The position numbers were made by a program, and so were the translations under genes. Of a DNA stretch of 57,211 nt, positions 19,101 through 29,319 are shown piece after piece. Within the stretch, counting starts at the first letter, position 1. Every line of letters begins with the position of its first letter. Origin of the DNA: Alphaproteobacteria bacterium (GTDB lineage: Bacteria; Pseudomonadota; Alphaproteobacteria; CAAHEQ01; UBA3637); contig JAZKXP010000068.1 in NCBI GenBank assembly GCA_045611665.1, positions 1-57,211 on the forward strand, written 5' to 3'. The notes under the pieces are model-generated. The model was not told the DNA's origin. It worked only from the letters and a program-made list of their open reading frames with translations, and ran no database searches.

Positions 19101-19609
19101 TGGAATATCAATTGCGTGAAGTAGATGGGATTAAAGAGGGTAAGGAATTGTTAGTGAAAGGCCCGAACATTATGCAAGGGTATATGCGTTATGATAAGCC
19201 GTTAGAATTAGATCCGCCTAAAGACGGATGGTATGATACCGGAGATATTGTATCTGTGGATGAAGATGGTTATATATACATTAAAGGGCGTAGTAAACGG
19301 TTTGCTAAAATTGGAGGGGAAATGGTTTCTCTTCTGAGTGTTGAGATGGTTATTGAGAAAAAATGGCCGGGGTACATTTGTGGTGCCGTTAATATACCGG
19401 ATGCGAAAAAAGGAGAACAGATTGTGTTAATTACAACCTGTAAGGATATTACAAAAGAGGAATTGATTTCGGTGTTTAAGGCCGCCGGAGTGACCGAACT
19501 CGGCATTCCAAGCCGCATTATTACGACAGATGAACCACCCTTGCTCGGAACGGGTAAGTTTAACTATGTGGCCGCTAAAGAATTGGCAATTAAAACCGTT
19601 AACGGATAA
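16193..19609 (+). CDS. aas: Acyl-ACP:lysophospholipid acyltransferase / acyl-ACP synthetase with N-terminal MFS domain
   Basis: MFS N-terminus, NHTSYLD acyltransferase motif, LFTSGSEGMPK and EGYGATE adenylation motifs. Confidence 0.93.
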   Translation: MLKSMLKDKRFLPLLIPHFLSAVNDGFIRIVFLFFVTYKMTQNSPALVICAALLYALSFCFASVFAGQITDKYSKTKVLQGIRIVEIGVMLMALVSLSLDSRWLLVFITASLGFVSACLRVADYSLLPVLVENPKLNNGNILLKMSTAVGGIFSALLLTSIVKFDTAYYVVCSVAFFLSVVSFLISLRLPKTQAIDPDLTILKSPLSVFGFVADKIKNNFDVWSYLSGVAWFWLLASVVVAFSAEFGRYVLNARWSVVLFLSGVFSLGYIGASFLYARVSRKNNMGAWTAFVSLLISLFLFDLVGASSGVPQTDKAITVSQMFTTDLTYLRILFDILVLGGLSAFYIVPFYALLQMNAPFRYLGRVMAFSNMVNALAVLSGFILVLGLRLIGFELMTVVALLAVANLFMALYMIRLMPLTSRRELFRKVFRAVFDAKIEGLENLAVAGPRALIMTNHTSYLDVLLISAFVDKKIVFTVSDKLMDKPIVKFMTNLVEVKPLDPVSPFAVKDMAEELQQNKLCMILTEGFIDGGNSRMKIYEGPAMMALKGNAPILPIRIDGAKHAVFSRVLGKKADFRWFPKITLTILPPVDLSVKEGLPTREVRERTSSKLYDIMAGMVFDSYDKSQPLFSAIARSMKMAGRFKGVVEDTARKPMKFMMVFLKSFVLGRLLNKALPDEKYVGLMLPTSGACALAFFGLQAYGKVPCMINFTSGPKQVLATCQTVGLKTIVTAKKVVQLAKLDNLIEEIKAGGVRVLYLEELKDLLKPADKAFGVYGALCPERAYQKTSGGKITADDTAVVLFTSGSEGMPKAVFLSHRNMSANSYQILSRFDVYPTDVLLNCLPMFHSFGLGAGLILPLLGGLKTFLYPTPLHYRIIPEICASTKATIFFGTDTFLAGYAKCANPYDFNSLRIVASGAEKVKDETRRVWSEKFGVRIFEGYGATECSPFIAVNSFLHHSKGSVGRILAGMEYQLREVDGIKEGKELLVKGPNIMQGYMRYDKPLELDPPKDGWYDTGDIVSVDEDGYIYIKGRSKRFAKIGGEMVSLLSVEMVIEKKWPGYICGAVNIPDAKKGEQIVLITTCKDITKEELISVFKAAGVTELGIPSRIITTDEPPLLGTGKFNYVAAKELAIKTVNG

Positions 19610-19618
19610 GGAGGATAA

Positions 19619-20617
19619 ATGACTAAAATTTCTGTTATCGGTGCGGGCGCATGGGGAACGGCCTTGGCTATAACAGCCGAGCGGGCCGGCAATGAGGTCT
19701 TGGTGTGGGCTCGGGAAGGCGATGTCGTTACTTCCATTAATACAGTTCATACAAATAAATTTTTACCGTCCGCTGTGTTATCTGATAAAATACAGGCGAC
19801 TGACGATTTGCAAAAAGCCATTGATTTTGCCGAGGTTGTATTGTTGGTTGCTCCTGCTCAATTTACACGGTCTGTTTTGGAACAAATCCGGCCGATGTGG
19901 CGAGATGATGTCCCATTGGTTTTGTGTGCTAAAGGTCTTGAGGTGAGCTCCGGGTTATTGTTGACGGAGGTTGCCAAAGACGTTTTACCGAATGCAACGA
20001 TTTGCGTCTTGTCGGGGCCCGGTTTTGCTGCCGAGGTGGCAAAAGGAAATCCAACTGCGACAACAATTGCAGCCGAGGACGGAAAATTGGCCGAACAATT
20101 GGTCAAAATGATGGGCTCGGCAATGTTCAGACCTTATTTTTCTACGGATATTGTAGCTCCGGAAGTGTGTGGCGCTCTTAAAAACGTTATTGCGATTGCT
20201 GCCGGTGTTGTGGATGGCTGTGGATTTGGGGATAATGGGCGCGCGGCTTTGATTACACGGGGGTTAAGTGAGATGGCTCGATTTGCCCGTGCTTTAGGCG
20301 GACACCGATCAACGGTATTGGGGATGTCCGGCGTCGGGGACTTAGTGTTGACGTGTTGTTCTGCCCAATCGCGTAATTATTCTTTCGGATATCAGCTCGG
20401 ATGTCATAAAAATGCCGCTCAAGTGTTGGCAGAGTCTACTGCAACGGTGGAAGGTGTGCCGACGGCAGCAGCCGTTATGAAACGGGCAAGGGCTTTAAAT
20501 GTGGACATGCCGATTTGCGAAGCTGTCGAAAATGTTCTATATCACAATCAATCCGTTCAGGATATTTTAAGAGGATTACTGAGCCGTCCGTATAAGTCGG
20601 AAATAGACCCTTTTTAA
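19619..20617 (+). CDS. gpsA: NAD(P)H-dependent glycerol-3-phosphate dehydrogenase
   Basis: IGAGAWGTALA, LSGP.FA, GALKNVIAIAAG, GDLVLTC, SRN. Confidence 0.97.
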   Translation: MTKISVIGAGAWGTALAITAERAGNEVLVWAREGDVVTSINTVHTNKFLPSAVLSDKIQATDDLQKAIDFAEVVLLVAPAQFTRSVLEQIRPMWRDDVPLVLCAKGLEVSSGLLLTEVAKDVLPNATICVLSGPGFAAEVAKGNPTATTIAAEDGKLAEQLVKMMGSAMFRPYFSTDIVAPEVCGALKNVIAIAAGVVDGCGFGDNGRAALITRGLSEMARFARALGGHRSTVLGMSGVGDLVLTCCSAQSRNYSFGYQLGCHKNAAQVLAESTATVEGVPTAAAVMKRARALNVDMPICEAVENVLYHNQSVQDILRGLLSRPYKSEIDPF

Positions 20618-20625
20618 AAAAATAC

Positions 20626-20654
20626 TTGACAAAGAATACTTTTTGTGTTATCTT
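20626..20654 (+). promoter_or_regulatory. Sigma70-type promoter TTGACA-17bp-TATCTT
   Basis: Upstream of the 20709 operon. Confidence 0.55.
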
Positions 20655-20708
20655 GTTTAAAACGAGATGACACAGAGGCTTCTCTTTTTTTGTTTTTGAG
20701 GATACAAG

Positions 20709-21023
20709 ATGACTTTTATGAGCAATATGTTTCGTAAATTGGTTTTTCGTTTTATGGGAACGGATATTCAACGGATGATTATCAGGTTGCAGGGCGGCCC
20801 GCAACCGAAGGTTTCTTCCGAAGATTACATTATGTTGGCTCCTAATCAAGTCAAGGCATTGGTGAGTATGCAAAAATATGCGCCGGCAACTCAGGTACAA
20901 GAGTTGTTGGAATTATATGAAAAAGTTAATAACGATTGCCCGATTAATCCCGCAACAGCTATTCGGGTTGCCAAAAAGAGTATTTTAGATACTCCGTTTC
21001 CTAAGAAAGAGTGGCATCGATGA
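20709..21023 (+). CDS. Hypothetical protein
   Basis: GAGGA RBS; the stop overlaps the next start (ATGA). Confidence 0.6.
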   Translation: MTFMSNMFRKLVFRFMGTDIQRMIIRLQGGPQPKVSSEDYIMLAPNQVKALVSMQKYAPATQVQELLELYEKVNNDCPINPATAIRVAKKSILDTPFPKKEWHR

Positions 21024-22705
21024 AGCTGGGCGTTTCTTTAACACAGGAAGTTATCAATGCCGGATTTTCCGATGCCGTGTTAAATGGAACAAAAGAAGAA
21101 GTTGCTTTTTATGTAGATTTTGTTTCCAATCCCAATATTCCCGATATTCGTTATGGACGGTTACCGATTTGGATGGCTATGGAGGGGGAAGATGCCTATG
21201 AAAAAACAAAAATCGTTTTATCTTTAAATCCCGATATTAATATTAAAAACATGAATGGCCAAACACCTGCCATGGTGGCACTTGAAAAGCGCATGCAAGG
21301 TATTGGTGTTTTATTTTTACGTCATCTTAATTTGGATACGACAGCAACGGATGTTCACGGAAATGATTTGATGAAATATGCCGTTTTGTCTCGTTCTCCG
21401 AAGGCTGTGATTGAAGCGGCCAAAAGGGGAATTGCGCCGGATAAAACAGATGCAGATGGTCATATGCCTGCTTATTATGCCGTTAAAAATAATGATATGG
21501 ATGTTTTTCGTGCACTGTGTGCCGTTGGGTTAAAACGGGATAAAAACAATCCGGCTTATCGGGAAGTTATTCGGGAGGCCGCTCAACAAGCAAAGGCGGC
21601 CGGTTCTTTGGATTGGATGCGAGCGGTATATCGGGGTGTATTTTCCGATGTAACAATGTATGTATTAAGCCAAGATAAAGAAACCTTATTAAATCGTGTT
21701 AAGCGTTTGTCGGTACCCAATCGATTTCGGGTTGGAAAAATGTTAGGGGTGGATTTTGATAGACTTTCTTTACTTTCGTCTTCTGTGTTGGAACACCCGG
21801 TTGAGCAAGTTTTAGGTGAGGCCTTAATTGAAAGATGTCGGTATGGCAGTCCGACAGATGTGGCGTTATTGTTGAGTGTTGGAGCCAATCCGAATATACG
21901 GGATAAAATGGGGCGAACACCGTTATTTTGTGCAACAGCCTATCATGGCCGGCCCGAAGATAAACAATCGTCGTCTCAGATTGCCGAAAGCGCCTATAGA
22001 AAAGTAAAAGTATTATTGGAAAGCGGGGCCAATCCGAATTTACCGAATTTAATCTTTGATGGGAAAAAGAGGGTGGCGGATAAAACACCATTGGAACAAT
22101 CTTTTTTTGAAAATCGTATCGGTATCAGTGTGTTGTTGATCAAAAACGGTGCAGATGTCAAGCATCCGGATGTTCAAGAACGTTTGGTTAAAATTGCGGC
22201 CATATATTCTAAATCGGCGGCCCTTGATGTGTTAGCTCGTGTCGGGGTGAATTTGGCTCAGCCGGATAAAGAGGGTGTGATACCGTTAGAGCATGCTATT
22301 TTAAATAACAATCCATATAATGTGTTGATGTTGCGGAAACACTTAATGGCGCAAGGGCATGAAGATTTATTTGACGAAACAACACCTCAAGGGAAAAAGG
22401 TGTATCAAATGGCTTTGGAAAAAGGGCCCCTTATGTGTGATGCGCTAACCGGTACCTTGGTGGATCCGTCCCAACCGGAACAAAAATCACAAGCTACGCC
22501 GTTGACTTTTGAGGAAAAAATTGCAGTATTGCCGCCTCAAAAACAGTTTTTGTTGGCTACCCTGTCTGGTGTAGATTTAACTTTCGATAAAACGTCGGAG
22601 GGGGCGTCGGATAATACAGCCGGGGTAGGCAAAGCACTCAATCGTCATACACCTTTTCGACAGGCTTTAGCTATGTTTAAAAGGGCTCAGCGTAAAAAAA
22701 GGTAA
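21020..22705 (+). CDS. Ankyrin-repeat protein with internal duplication and basic C-terminus
   Basis: GANPNIRDKMGRTPLF, LLESGANPN, GQTPAM and GVIPLEHA ankyrin motifs. Confidence 0.85.
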   Translation: MKLGVSLTQEVINAGFSDAVLNGTKEEVAFYVDFVSNPNIPDIRYGRLPIWMAMEGEDAYEKTKIVLSLNPDINIKNMNGQTPAMVALEKRMQGIGVLFLRHLNLDTTATDVHGNDLMKYAVLSRSPKAVIEAAKRGIAPDKTDADGHMPAYYAVKNNDMDVFRALCAVGLKRDKNNPAYREVIREAAQQAKAAGSLDWMRAVYRGVFSDVTMYVLSQDKETLLNRVKRLSVPNRFRVGKMLGVDFDRLSLLSSSVLEHPVEQVLGEALIERCRYGSPTDVALLLSVGANPNIRDKMGRTPLFCATAYHGRPEDKQSSSQIAESAYRKVKVLLESGANPNLPNLIFDGKKRVADKTPLEQSFFENRIGISVLLIKNGADVKHPDVQERLVKIAAIYSKSAALDVLARVGVNLAQPDKEGVIPLEHAILNNNPYNVLMLRKHLMAQGHEDLFDETTPQGKKVYQMALEKGPLMCDALTGTLVDPSQPEQKSQATPLTFEEKIAVLPPQKQFLLATLSGVDLTFDKTSEGASDNTAGVGKALNRHTPFRQALAMFKRAQRKKR

Positions 22706-22789
22706 AAAAGCCTGCATTGATTTTCTTGACTTTTGGGACCTGAAGGGGTAAGGTTGTCCTATAATTTTATGTCAGTAAGGGATTTTGTT

Positions 22790-23461
22790 ATGAAGAAAAT
22801 TGTATTACATCCGTTGTTTGCCGGTGCTTTTATTACTGTGTATATCGGTCTTTTTATGATATACTGCTTTGGGCATAATGCTGGTTTTATTAAAGGTTTT
22901 ACCGATCATGTAACGGAAGTGACAACGTATTTGGGATATGCGATATCGGCGTGTATCGTCTTGGGTTTTTATCGGGATTTTAATGGGCCGAAGTTACGCT
23001 ATTCCTATCTTGCGTTTTTGTTTTTACTTGTTTGTGCCGTTTTGCGTGAAATGGGCATTCAACATTGGATTCCGTCTAAAGATACAACGGCGTTTAAATT
23101 GCGCTTTTTTACGAATCCCGACAATCCGGTCGGAGAGAAAATTTTTGCAGCCATTATTCTGTGTATCGTTATCGGGGTTGTTATTTGGTTATTAATTAAA
23201 TATACACGACCTCTGATAAAGGGCTTTTTTCAGTTTAATCCGATTTGTTGGACGGTGGCGACAATGGGAGGGATTGGGATTGTCACAAAATTTGCCGATC
23301 GTTTTCCGGGGAATTACCGCAAAGCCGTTGGGGAATCTTTAGACCCGACGATGCAAGCTTGGATTGTATTATTTGAAGAAACCGGAGAGGCTACGTTGCC
23401 GTTGCTTTTTGCCATAGCCGTTATTCAATGGCATTTGATGAAGACAAGTATCAAGCAATAG
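22790..23461 (+). CDS. Multi-pass membrane protein of unknown function
   Basis: About 6 hydrophobic segments; LREMG and FEETGE motifs. Confidence 0.7.
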   Translation: MKKIVLHPLFAGAFITVYIGLFMIYCFGHNAGFIKGFTDHVTEVTTYLGYAISACIVLGFYRDFNGPKLRYSYLAFLFLLVCAVLREMGIQHWIPSKDTTAFKLRFFTNPDNPVGEKIFAAIILCIVIGVVIWLLIKYTRPLIKGFFQFNPICWTVATMGGIGIVTKFADRFPGNYRKAVGESLDPTMQAWIVLFEETGEATLPLLFAIAVIQWHLMKTSIKQ

Positions 23462-23466
23462 ATGGT

Positions 23467-23745
23467 TTATTGACAGTTAAAATAAGCAGTTGAGGGCGTT
23501 ATCAGACTGCATGAAAAGGGCTCTGTTTTATCATATACTGCTTTTTGGGATATTTTGGCACACTCCGCATCGGCGATTGTTTGTAAATCTGCCAGAGATG
23601 TGTCATCAAAGCAAATGGCTATTCGATGAGCCGTCGAACGCCTCAGCGAAGGGCCGTCTGCCCGACCGGCGTAAGAATCAACATAAGGGGTGTGTCCTCC
23701 GCAAGAAGTGAACATTAAGCACATTATTATCAGATATTTTTTCAT
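23467..23745 (-). CDS. Small Cys-containing lipoprotein
   Basis: MKKYLIIMCLMFTSC lipobox; GAGG RBS. Confidence 0.7.
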   Translation of the reverse strand: MKKYLIIMCLMFTSCGGHTPYVDSYAGRADGPSLRRSTAHRIAICFDDTSLADLQTIADAECAKISQKAVYDKTEPFSCSLITPSTAYFNCQ

Positions 23746-23863
23746 TGGGTACCTCTTTTTTTATATTGCCAAAAATGTGGTGAAAGTTCAAGTGAAAAAT
23801 TGGTGTTTTTTTTGCATAAAAAACGGCCGGAAATCCGACCGTTTGGGGTTGAAATTAGCTGAG

Positions 23864-26800
23864 TTATTTTTTCTGATCGCTTTTCCAGAAGTATTCTGCC
23901 ATTGTTTGGAATACCACATATAAAGACGGAACAAAGAAAATACCCACAAATGAAGCCATCGCCATTCCGCCAAAGATGGAGGACCCAATGGCTTGGCGAG
24001 CTATAGCCCCGGCGCCAACGGCCGTTACAAGCGGTAAGAAGCCTAATAAGGACGATACCGCCGTCATCATAATAGCACGGAAACGCATATAGGCTCCGTT
24101 CACGGCAGCCTCTTTGATGGATGTGCCGGCTGCATGTTGTTCTTTTGAAAACTCTACCAGTAAGATGGCGTTTTTGGCCGCCAGAGCAATCAGCACAATA
24201 ATGCCGGCTTGAGCATATAAATCGTTAGAAATATTGCGTACAAACAACATTAAAATCGCCCCAAAAATACCCACGATAATGGATACCATCACCGGCACCG
24301 GAATAATCCAACTTTCATACAAAGCCACTAAGAACAAATAGGCAAACAAGAACGCCATCGAGAAAACCAATAAGGTTTGGCTGCCGGCTTCTTGTTCTTG
24401 TAACGATGTTCCCGTCCATTGATATTGGTATCCGGTCGGTAAATCGGCGGACAATTTTTCCATAGCCTGCATGGCCGCCCCTGAGCCTAAACCGGCTGCC
24501 GGAGAGCCCATGATTTTAATGGCACGGTAGTTATTATACCGTTGAATATTTTGGGCGCCGATTGTTCTGTGAACCGTTACCAAAGAACGCAGCGGAACCA
24601 TTTCACCTTTATTGTTACGAATATTGATTTTAAAGATATCATCTAACGTACGACGTTCTTGAATATCTCCTTGGACATTTACTTCCCATGTGCGGCCATA
24701 CATATTGAAGTCGTTGACGTACGTCCCGCCTAACATCGTTTGCATGGTGGCAAAAATATCGGCAACGGATACGCCTAAGGCATACGCTTTTTGCCGGTCA
24801 ATTTCTAATCTGACACGTGGAGAGTCTGTTGTATACAGTGTATAAACTTGGAACAAATCCGGGTCTTTATTGGCTTTGGCAATTAATCCTTGGGCCACTT
24901 CTAACATTTTTTCCGGAGAAGCCCCTGTCGTACTTTGTAAAACGTATTCAAAGTTTGACGAAATGGATAATCCCATAATGGCCGGCATATTAAAGGCCAT
25001 AACTCGTGCTTCTTGAATACCGGCGGTTAATCCATAGACTTTCTTAATAATTGAATCGACATCTTGTCCTTTACCCATGCGATCTTCATACGGTTTTAAC
25101 CGAACGGCTAAGAACCCGCTGTTAGATGCTTGCGCACCCGACATCATACCATATCCGATAATGGCCAAAGAAGAATTGACTTCCGGAATGGTTTTTACAA
25201 TACCGGCAACTTTGTCCATAACATCCTTGGTTCTGTTCCAACTGGCACCGGAGGGTAATTGAACTTCCATTAAAAACACGCCTTGGTCTTCAGCAGGCAA
25301 AAAGCCGGTTGGTGTTTTTTCAAACAACCGATAGGCACCAAAGCCGAATAATCCCATTGCTAAAACGGCCATAAAGGAAACCGGAACCATTTTACGTACC
25401 GTAAACGCGTATCCGTCACGTAATTTATCGATAATGTTCATAAAGAATTGAACAATCCTAAACGGTTTTTGATTTGGACGCATAATCAATCGGGAAACAG
25501 CCGGACTTAAGGTTAAAGAGTTAATAGCCGAAATAACCATGGCGGCCGAAATAGCAATCGCAAATTGACGATATAAAAGACCCGAAATACCCGGAGTAAA
25601 GGCAACCGGTACAAATACCGCTAATAACACGGCCGTAATGGCGATAATGGGCGCCGTGATGCGGTCCATAGACTTTTTAACGGCATCGGCCGGATCCAGT
25701 TCAGGGTTTTCATGCATAACGGTTTCAACGTCTTCTACCACCACAATGGCGTCATCAACCACAACACCGATAGCCAATACTAAAGCTAACAGTGAAATGG
25801 TGTTAATAGATACACCAAACAAAGCCATACCGATAAAAGCACCGATTAAGGATACCGGAATGGCAAATGTTGGAATAATGGTTGCCCGCATTGTTCCCAA
25901 AAACAAATAACAAACCAACACAATTAAAACAAATGCTTCACCGATGGTGGTGCCGATTTCTTTTAATGAACTGCGCACAAAGGAGGCGTTATCAAACATC
26001 GTGTTGACAACCATACCTTCCGGGAAGTTCTTTTTCAATTCTTCGATTTTTTGTGCAACACCGGTGGCCACTTCAACAGCATTAGAGCCGGGGGCTTGCA
26101 TAATGGCAATACCGACAGCCGGCATACCGTTAAACATCGCTCGCATTGATTCATCACGGGCGCCCAGTTCAATTCTGGCAACATCTTTTAATAACAGATA
26201 AGACCCATCTTTGTTCGCCCGAATCACAATTTGTCCGAACTCTTCCGGTGTTGTTAAACGCCCTTGCGTTGTTAAAGAAAATTGAAATTGTTGATCATTT
26301 GTTGAGGGCATAGCGCCAATACGACCGACAGAGGCTTGCAGGTTTTGGCTTTTTATGGCACTTAAGACATCACCGGTTGTTAATTTTAAACTTTTTAGTT
26401 TGTCGTTGTCTAACCAGACACGCATACTGTAGTCCAAAGAGGAGAACATCATCACCTCGCCGACGCCTTTAGTACGAGCCAGTTCATCTTTAATGTTGAT
26501 TAAAGCATAGTTCGTCAGATAAGTATCGTCATATTTACCATTTTCAGACGTTAAGGCAAAAATTTGTAACATTGAGGTCATACGGGATTTAACCTCAACC
26601 CCTTGTTGAACAACCTCTTCAGGCAGGTTGGATTCGATTTGTTTGATACGGTTTTGAACGTTTACCTGAGCCATATTTGGGTCGGTTCCGACATTAAAAG
26701 TTACCGTCAGCATATAAGAGCCTTCATCCGTACTGGTTGAGGACATATATAACATATTTTCCACACCGTTAACGGCTGATTCAATCGGTTGAGCTACAGC

Positions 26801-26980
26801 GCTTTCAACAACATCCGAGCTGGCACCCGGGTAAACGGTGCGGACCATCACGGACGGTGGTGTAATATTCGGATACTGTTCAACGGGCATGCCCATAAAA
26901 CACAACATACCGGCTAACACAATTACAACCGAAATAACGGTGGCTAATCGCGGGCGTTTAATAAAAACATCTGCAATCAT
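23864..26980 (-). CDS. RND efflux permease (AcrB/HAE1 family)
   Basis: [48 protein letters not shown]. Confidence 0.96.
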   Translation of the reverse strand: MIADVFIKRPRLATVISVVIVLAGMLCFMGMPVEQYPNITPPSVMVRTVYPGASSDVVESAVAQPIESAVNGVENMLYMSSTSTDEGSYMLTVTFNVGTDPNMAQVNVQNRIKQIESNLPEEVVQQGVEVKSRMTSMLQIFALTSENGKYDDTYLTNYALINIKDELARTKGVGEVMMFSSLDYSMRVWLDNDKLKSLKLTTGDVLSAIKSQNLQASVGRIGAMPSTNDQQFQFSLTTQGRLTTPEEFGQIVIRANKDGSYLLLKDVARIELGARDESMRAMFNGMPAVGIAIMQAPGSNAVEVATGVAQKIEELKKNFPEGMVVNTMFDNASFVRSSLKEIGTTIGEAFVLIVLVCYLFLGTMRATIIPTFAIPVSLIGAFIGMALFGVSINTISLLALVLAIGVVVDDAIVVVEDVETVMHENPELDPADAVKKSMDRITAPIIAITAVLLAVFVPVAFTPGISGLLYRQFAIAISAAMVISAINSLTLSPAVSRLIMRPNQKPFRIVQFFMNIIDKLRDGYAFTVRKMVPVSFMAVLAMGLFGFGAYRLFEKTPTGFLPAEDQGVFLMEVQLPSGASWNRTKDVMDKVAGIVKTIPEVNSSLAIIGYGMMSGAQASNSGFLAVRLKPYEDRMGKGQDVDSIIKKVYGLTAGIQEARVMAFNMPAIMGLSISSNFEYVLQSTTGASPEKMLEVAQGLIAKANKDPDLFQVYTLYTTDSPRVRLEIDRQKAYALGVSVADIFATMQTMLGGTYVNDFNMYGRTWEVNVQGDIQERRTLDDIFKINIRNNKGEMVPLRSLVTVHRTIGAQNIQRYNNYRAIKIMGSPAAGLGSGAAMQAMEKLSADLPTGYQYQWTGTSLQEQEAGSQTLLVFSMAFLFAYLFLVALYESWIIPVPVMVSIIVGIFGAILMLFVRNISNDLYAQAGIIVLIALAAKNAILLVEFSKEQHAAGTSIKEAAVNGAYMRFRAIMMTAVSSLLGFLPLVTAVGAGAIARQAIGSSIFGGMAMASFVGIFFVPSLYVVFQTMAEYFWKSDQKK

Positions 26981-26992
26981 GATTGTATCTCC

Positions 26993-28165
26993 TTATTCAG
27001 CGTTTGTTTCCGGTGCGACATTGGTTAAGCTTACGGTTGTTGGTGTGACGGGAATATTCGGTTGTATTTTTTGGAATCCTTCTATGACTACGCGTTCGCC
27101 TGCCTTTAATCCGCCCAAGATAACAATGTCAAAATTAGATAATTCACTGCCGGTTTTAACTTCCCGTTTTTGAACAACATCATCGGGCCCGACAACATAT
27201 ACAAAAGCGCCTAACATATCTCTTTGAACGGCGCGCATCGGAATAACCAAATCCGTTACCGTATTTTTACCGGTTAATACAATGCGTCCGTACTGACCGG
27301 AAATCAGTTGGCCGTTCGGATTAGGAAAGGAGGCTTTAACTTTTAATGTATTCATGTTTTCATCCAGACGATTGTCCACAAAACTAAGACGACCGGCTTC
27401 AGGATATTTAACGCCGTCCGATGTATAAAAATGAACTTTTACATCATCTAAATTCGTACTGGCACGTATTTGTTTGTTCAAACTGAGCATTTCATTTTCA
27501 CTGACCGAAAAGACGGCATCAATCGGATTGATTTTGACAATCGTGGCTAAAATACCGGAATCCGGTCCAATCAATTCTCCGACGGAAAATTTGGATTCAC
27601 CGATTTTACCGCTCATCGGAGCTTTAATAACCGTATATTCTAAATCTTTTTTAGCCAAATCTAAATTGGCTTTCATTTGAGAAATTGTTGCCGTTGCCGT
27701 ATCGTAAGCCGCTTTTGTTTCATCCAATCTGGCCTCTGAAACATCCTTTGTTTTAAACAATGTTTTTGTCCTCTCATATTGAGATTTGGCATTCACAGAT
27801 TGTGCTTCAGCTCGTGATACGTTCGCTTCCGCTTCACGAACCTTAGCTTCAAAATTTACTTTTTCAATAATAAATAAAGGTTGTCCCGCTTCAACAACAT
27901 CCCCTTCGTTGAATAAACGTTCTTGTAAAAATCCCGTTACCCGTGCTCTTAAACCAACGGTATCTTGAGATTCGATTTTAGCCACAAAGCTGACTTCCGG
28001 ATAAATGGCTTTGTTTTCTACGGTAAAAACAGATACAGCCGGAGCTGTCATTTGAGTGGTTGTTTTTGATTGGGTTGCCAAATAAGATGTATATCCATAG
28101 TATGCGCCTGAGGCAATCAAAAAAACAGCCGTCGTTGTTATCAATAACTTCATGGGTTTATTCAT
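26993..28165 (-). CDS. RND membrane fusion protein (AcrA-like)
   Basis: RARVTGFL, TVIKAPMSGKIG, GLKAGERVVIEG; upstream of the permease. Confidence 0.95.
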   Translation of the reverse strand: MNKPMKLLITTTAVFLIASGAYYGYTSYLATQSKTTTQMTAPAVSVFTVENKAIYPEVSFVAKIESQDTVGLRARVTGFLQERLFNEGDVVEAGQPLFIIEKVNFEAKVREAEANVSRAEAQSVNAKSQYERTKTLFKTKDVSEARLDETKAAYDTATATISQMKANLDLAKKDLEYTVIKAPMSGKIGESKFSVGELIGPDSGILATIVKINPIDAVFSVSENEMLSLNKQIRASTNLDDVKVHFYTSDGVKYPEAGRLSFVDNRLDENMNTLKVKASFPNPNGQLISGQYGRIVLTGKNTVTDLVIPMRAVQRDMLGAFVYVVGPDDVVQKREVKTGSELSNFDIVILGGLKAGERVVIEGFQKIQPNIPVTPTTVSLTNVAPETNAE

Positions 28166-28304
28166 TGTTGTTCTCCTTAAAAAAATGGTTTTGTTTTTTT
28201 ATAGCACCATTAATTTTATGATACCAGTAAAAAATGATAAAATTCATAAAAACTTAACCTTTTTCGTGGTAAAATCCTTGTAACGAAAACAAAAGGATAT
28301 ATCC

Positions 28305-29318
28305 ATGCAGGACAGTAAAAATATTTCCATTGAACGGGGCTCGGGATTGTTGCAGCGGGCAAAGGATGAAAATCCCAAAAATAGACAGTATCAACCCAGT
28401 AAATTGGCATCCGATTTTATTTCTCGAAACAAACAAGGATCTTTGCGTGTTTTTGTAGCGGGAGGGTCTCGTTCCGGAAATGAAGAGGTTTACGAAAATC
28501 AAGCCTTTAAATTGGGCGAAGTGATTGGTCACATGAATTATCGTCTTGATTTCGGTTTATCTTCAAAAGGAATTATGGGGGCTGTTGCCAAAGGGTTGAT
28601 TAAGTCTTGGTCCGATATGGGAAAGCAGGAAAAATCGCCCATTTACGGTATTACGACAAAAGAATATCTGGCTCTGTATAAAAGTGATGAAGTTTTAGAT
28701 GAGGTGTCTAAAATTATTGTTGCGAATACCTTGGAAGAACGCAAACAACAATTGTTGGCTGCAGACTTGGTTATTTTTACACCGGGTGGGGTGGGAACCT
28801 TAGACGAATTGGTATATGATTGTGTTGCGATGCAGGATGGGTTTTTAGACTTTAAACCTTTTGTTTTGTATAACATTAATGGATTTTTTCATCATTTATT
28901 GGAATACTTAAAAGAAATTCACGCGAAAGGTTTTTCCGATCCGATGCCGTTTGTGGTTGTGGATAATCACATTGAAGCAGGTATTGCTTTCAGAGTTTTG
29001 GAATACATGTTTTGTCGTCACATGGATAAACAGCAAGGTATTCAATTGATGGAACAAATTATTTATGAATTACCCTATGTTATTGAACAACACTATAAAC
29101 ATCCGCGCAAAAAGGTTAAAACGATATTAGATGAAAAAAATGCCGTTATGTCCGGTCCGTCAAACAGTGCGAAAGAAACATTGGCGCGAGAAATTGAAAA
29201 TGCTTATTTAAGTAAGGAAATAGAACGTATGTATGAACGTCTTGCCAAATCCGGACGGGATACGGCGACGGTCAGTAATAAATTACATGATTTAAAACAA
29301 CGTCATATAAAGGGGTAA
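28305..29318 (+). CDS. LOG-family (SLOG) nucleotide phosphoribohydrolase-like protein with C-terminal extension
   Basis: GIMGAVA, LEERKQQL, PGGVGTLDE, NINGFF. Confidence 0.8.
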   Translation: MQDSKNISIERGSGLLQRAKDENPKNRQYQPSKLASDFISRNKQGSLRVFVAGGSRSGNEEVYENQAFKLGEVIGHMNYRLDFGLSSKGIMGAVAKGLIKSWSDMGKQEKSPIYGITTKEYLALYKSDEVLDEVSKIIVANTLEERKQQLLAADLVIFTPGGVGTLDELVYDCVAMQDGFLDFKPFVLYNINGFFHHLLEYLKEIHAKGFSDPMPFVVVDNHIEAGIAFRVLEYMFCRHMDKQQGIQLMEQIIYELPYVIEQHYKHPRKKVKTILDEKNAVMSGPSNSAKETLAREIENAYLSKEIERMYERLAKSGRDTATVSNKLHDLKQRHIKG

Positions 29319-29319
29319 T

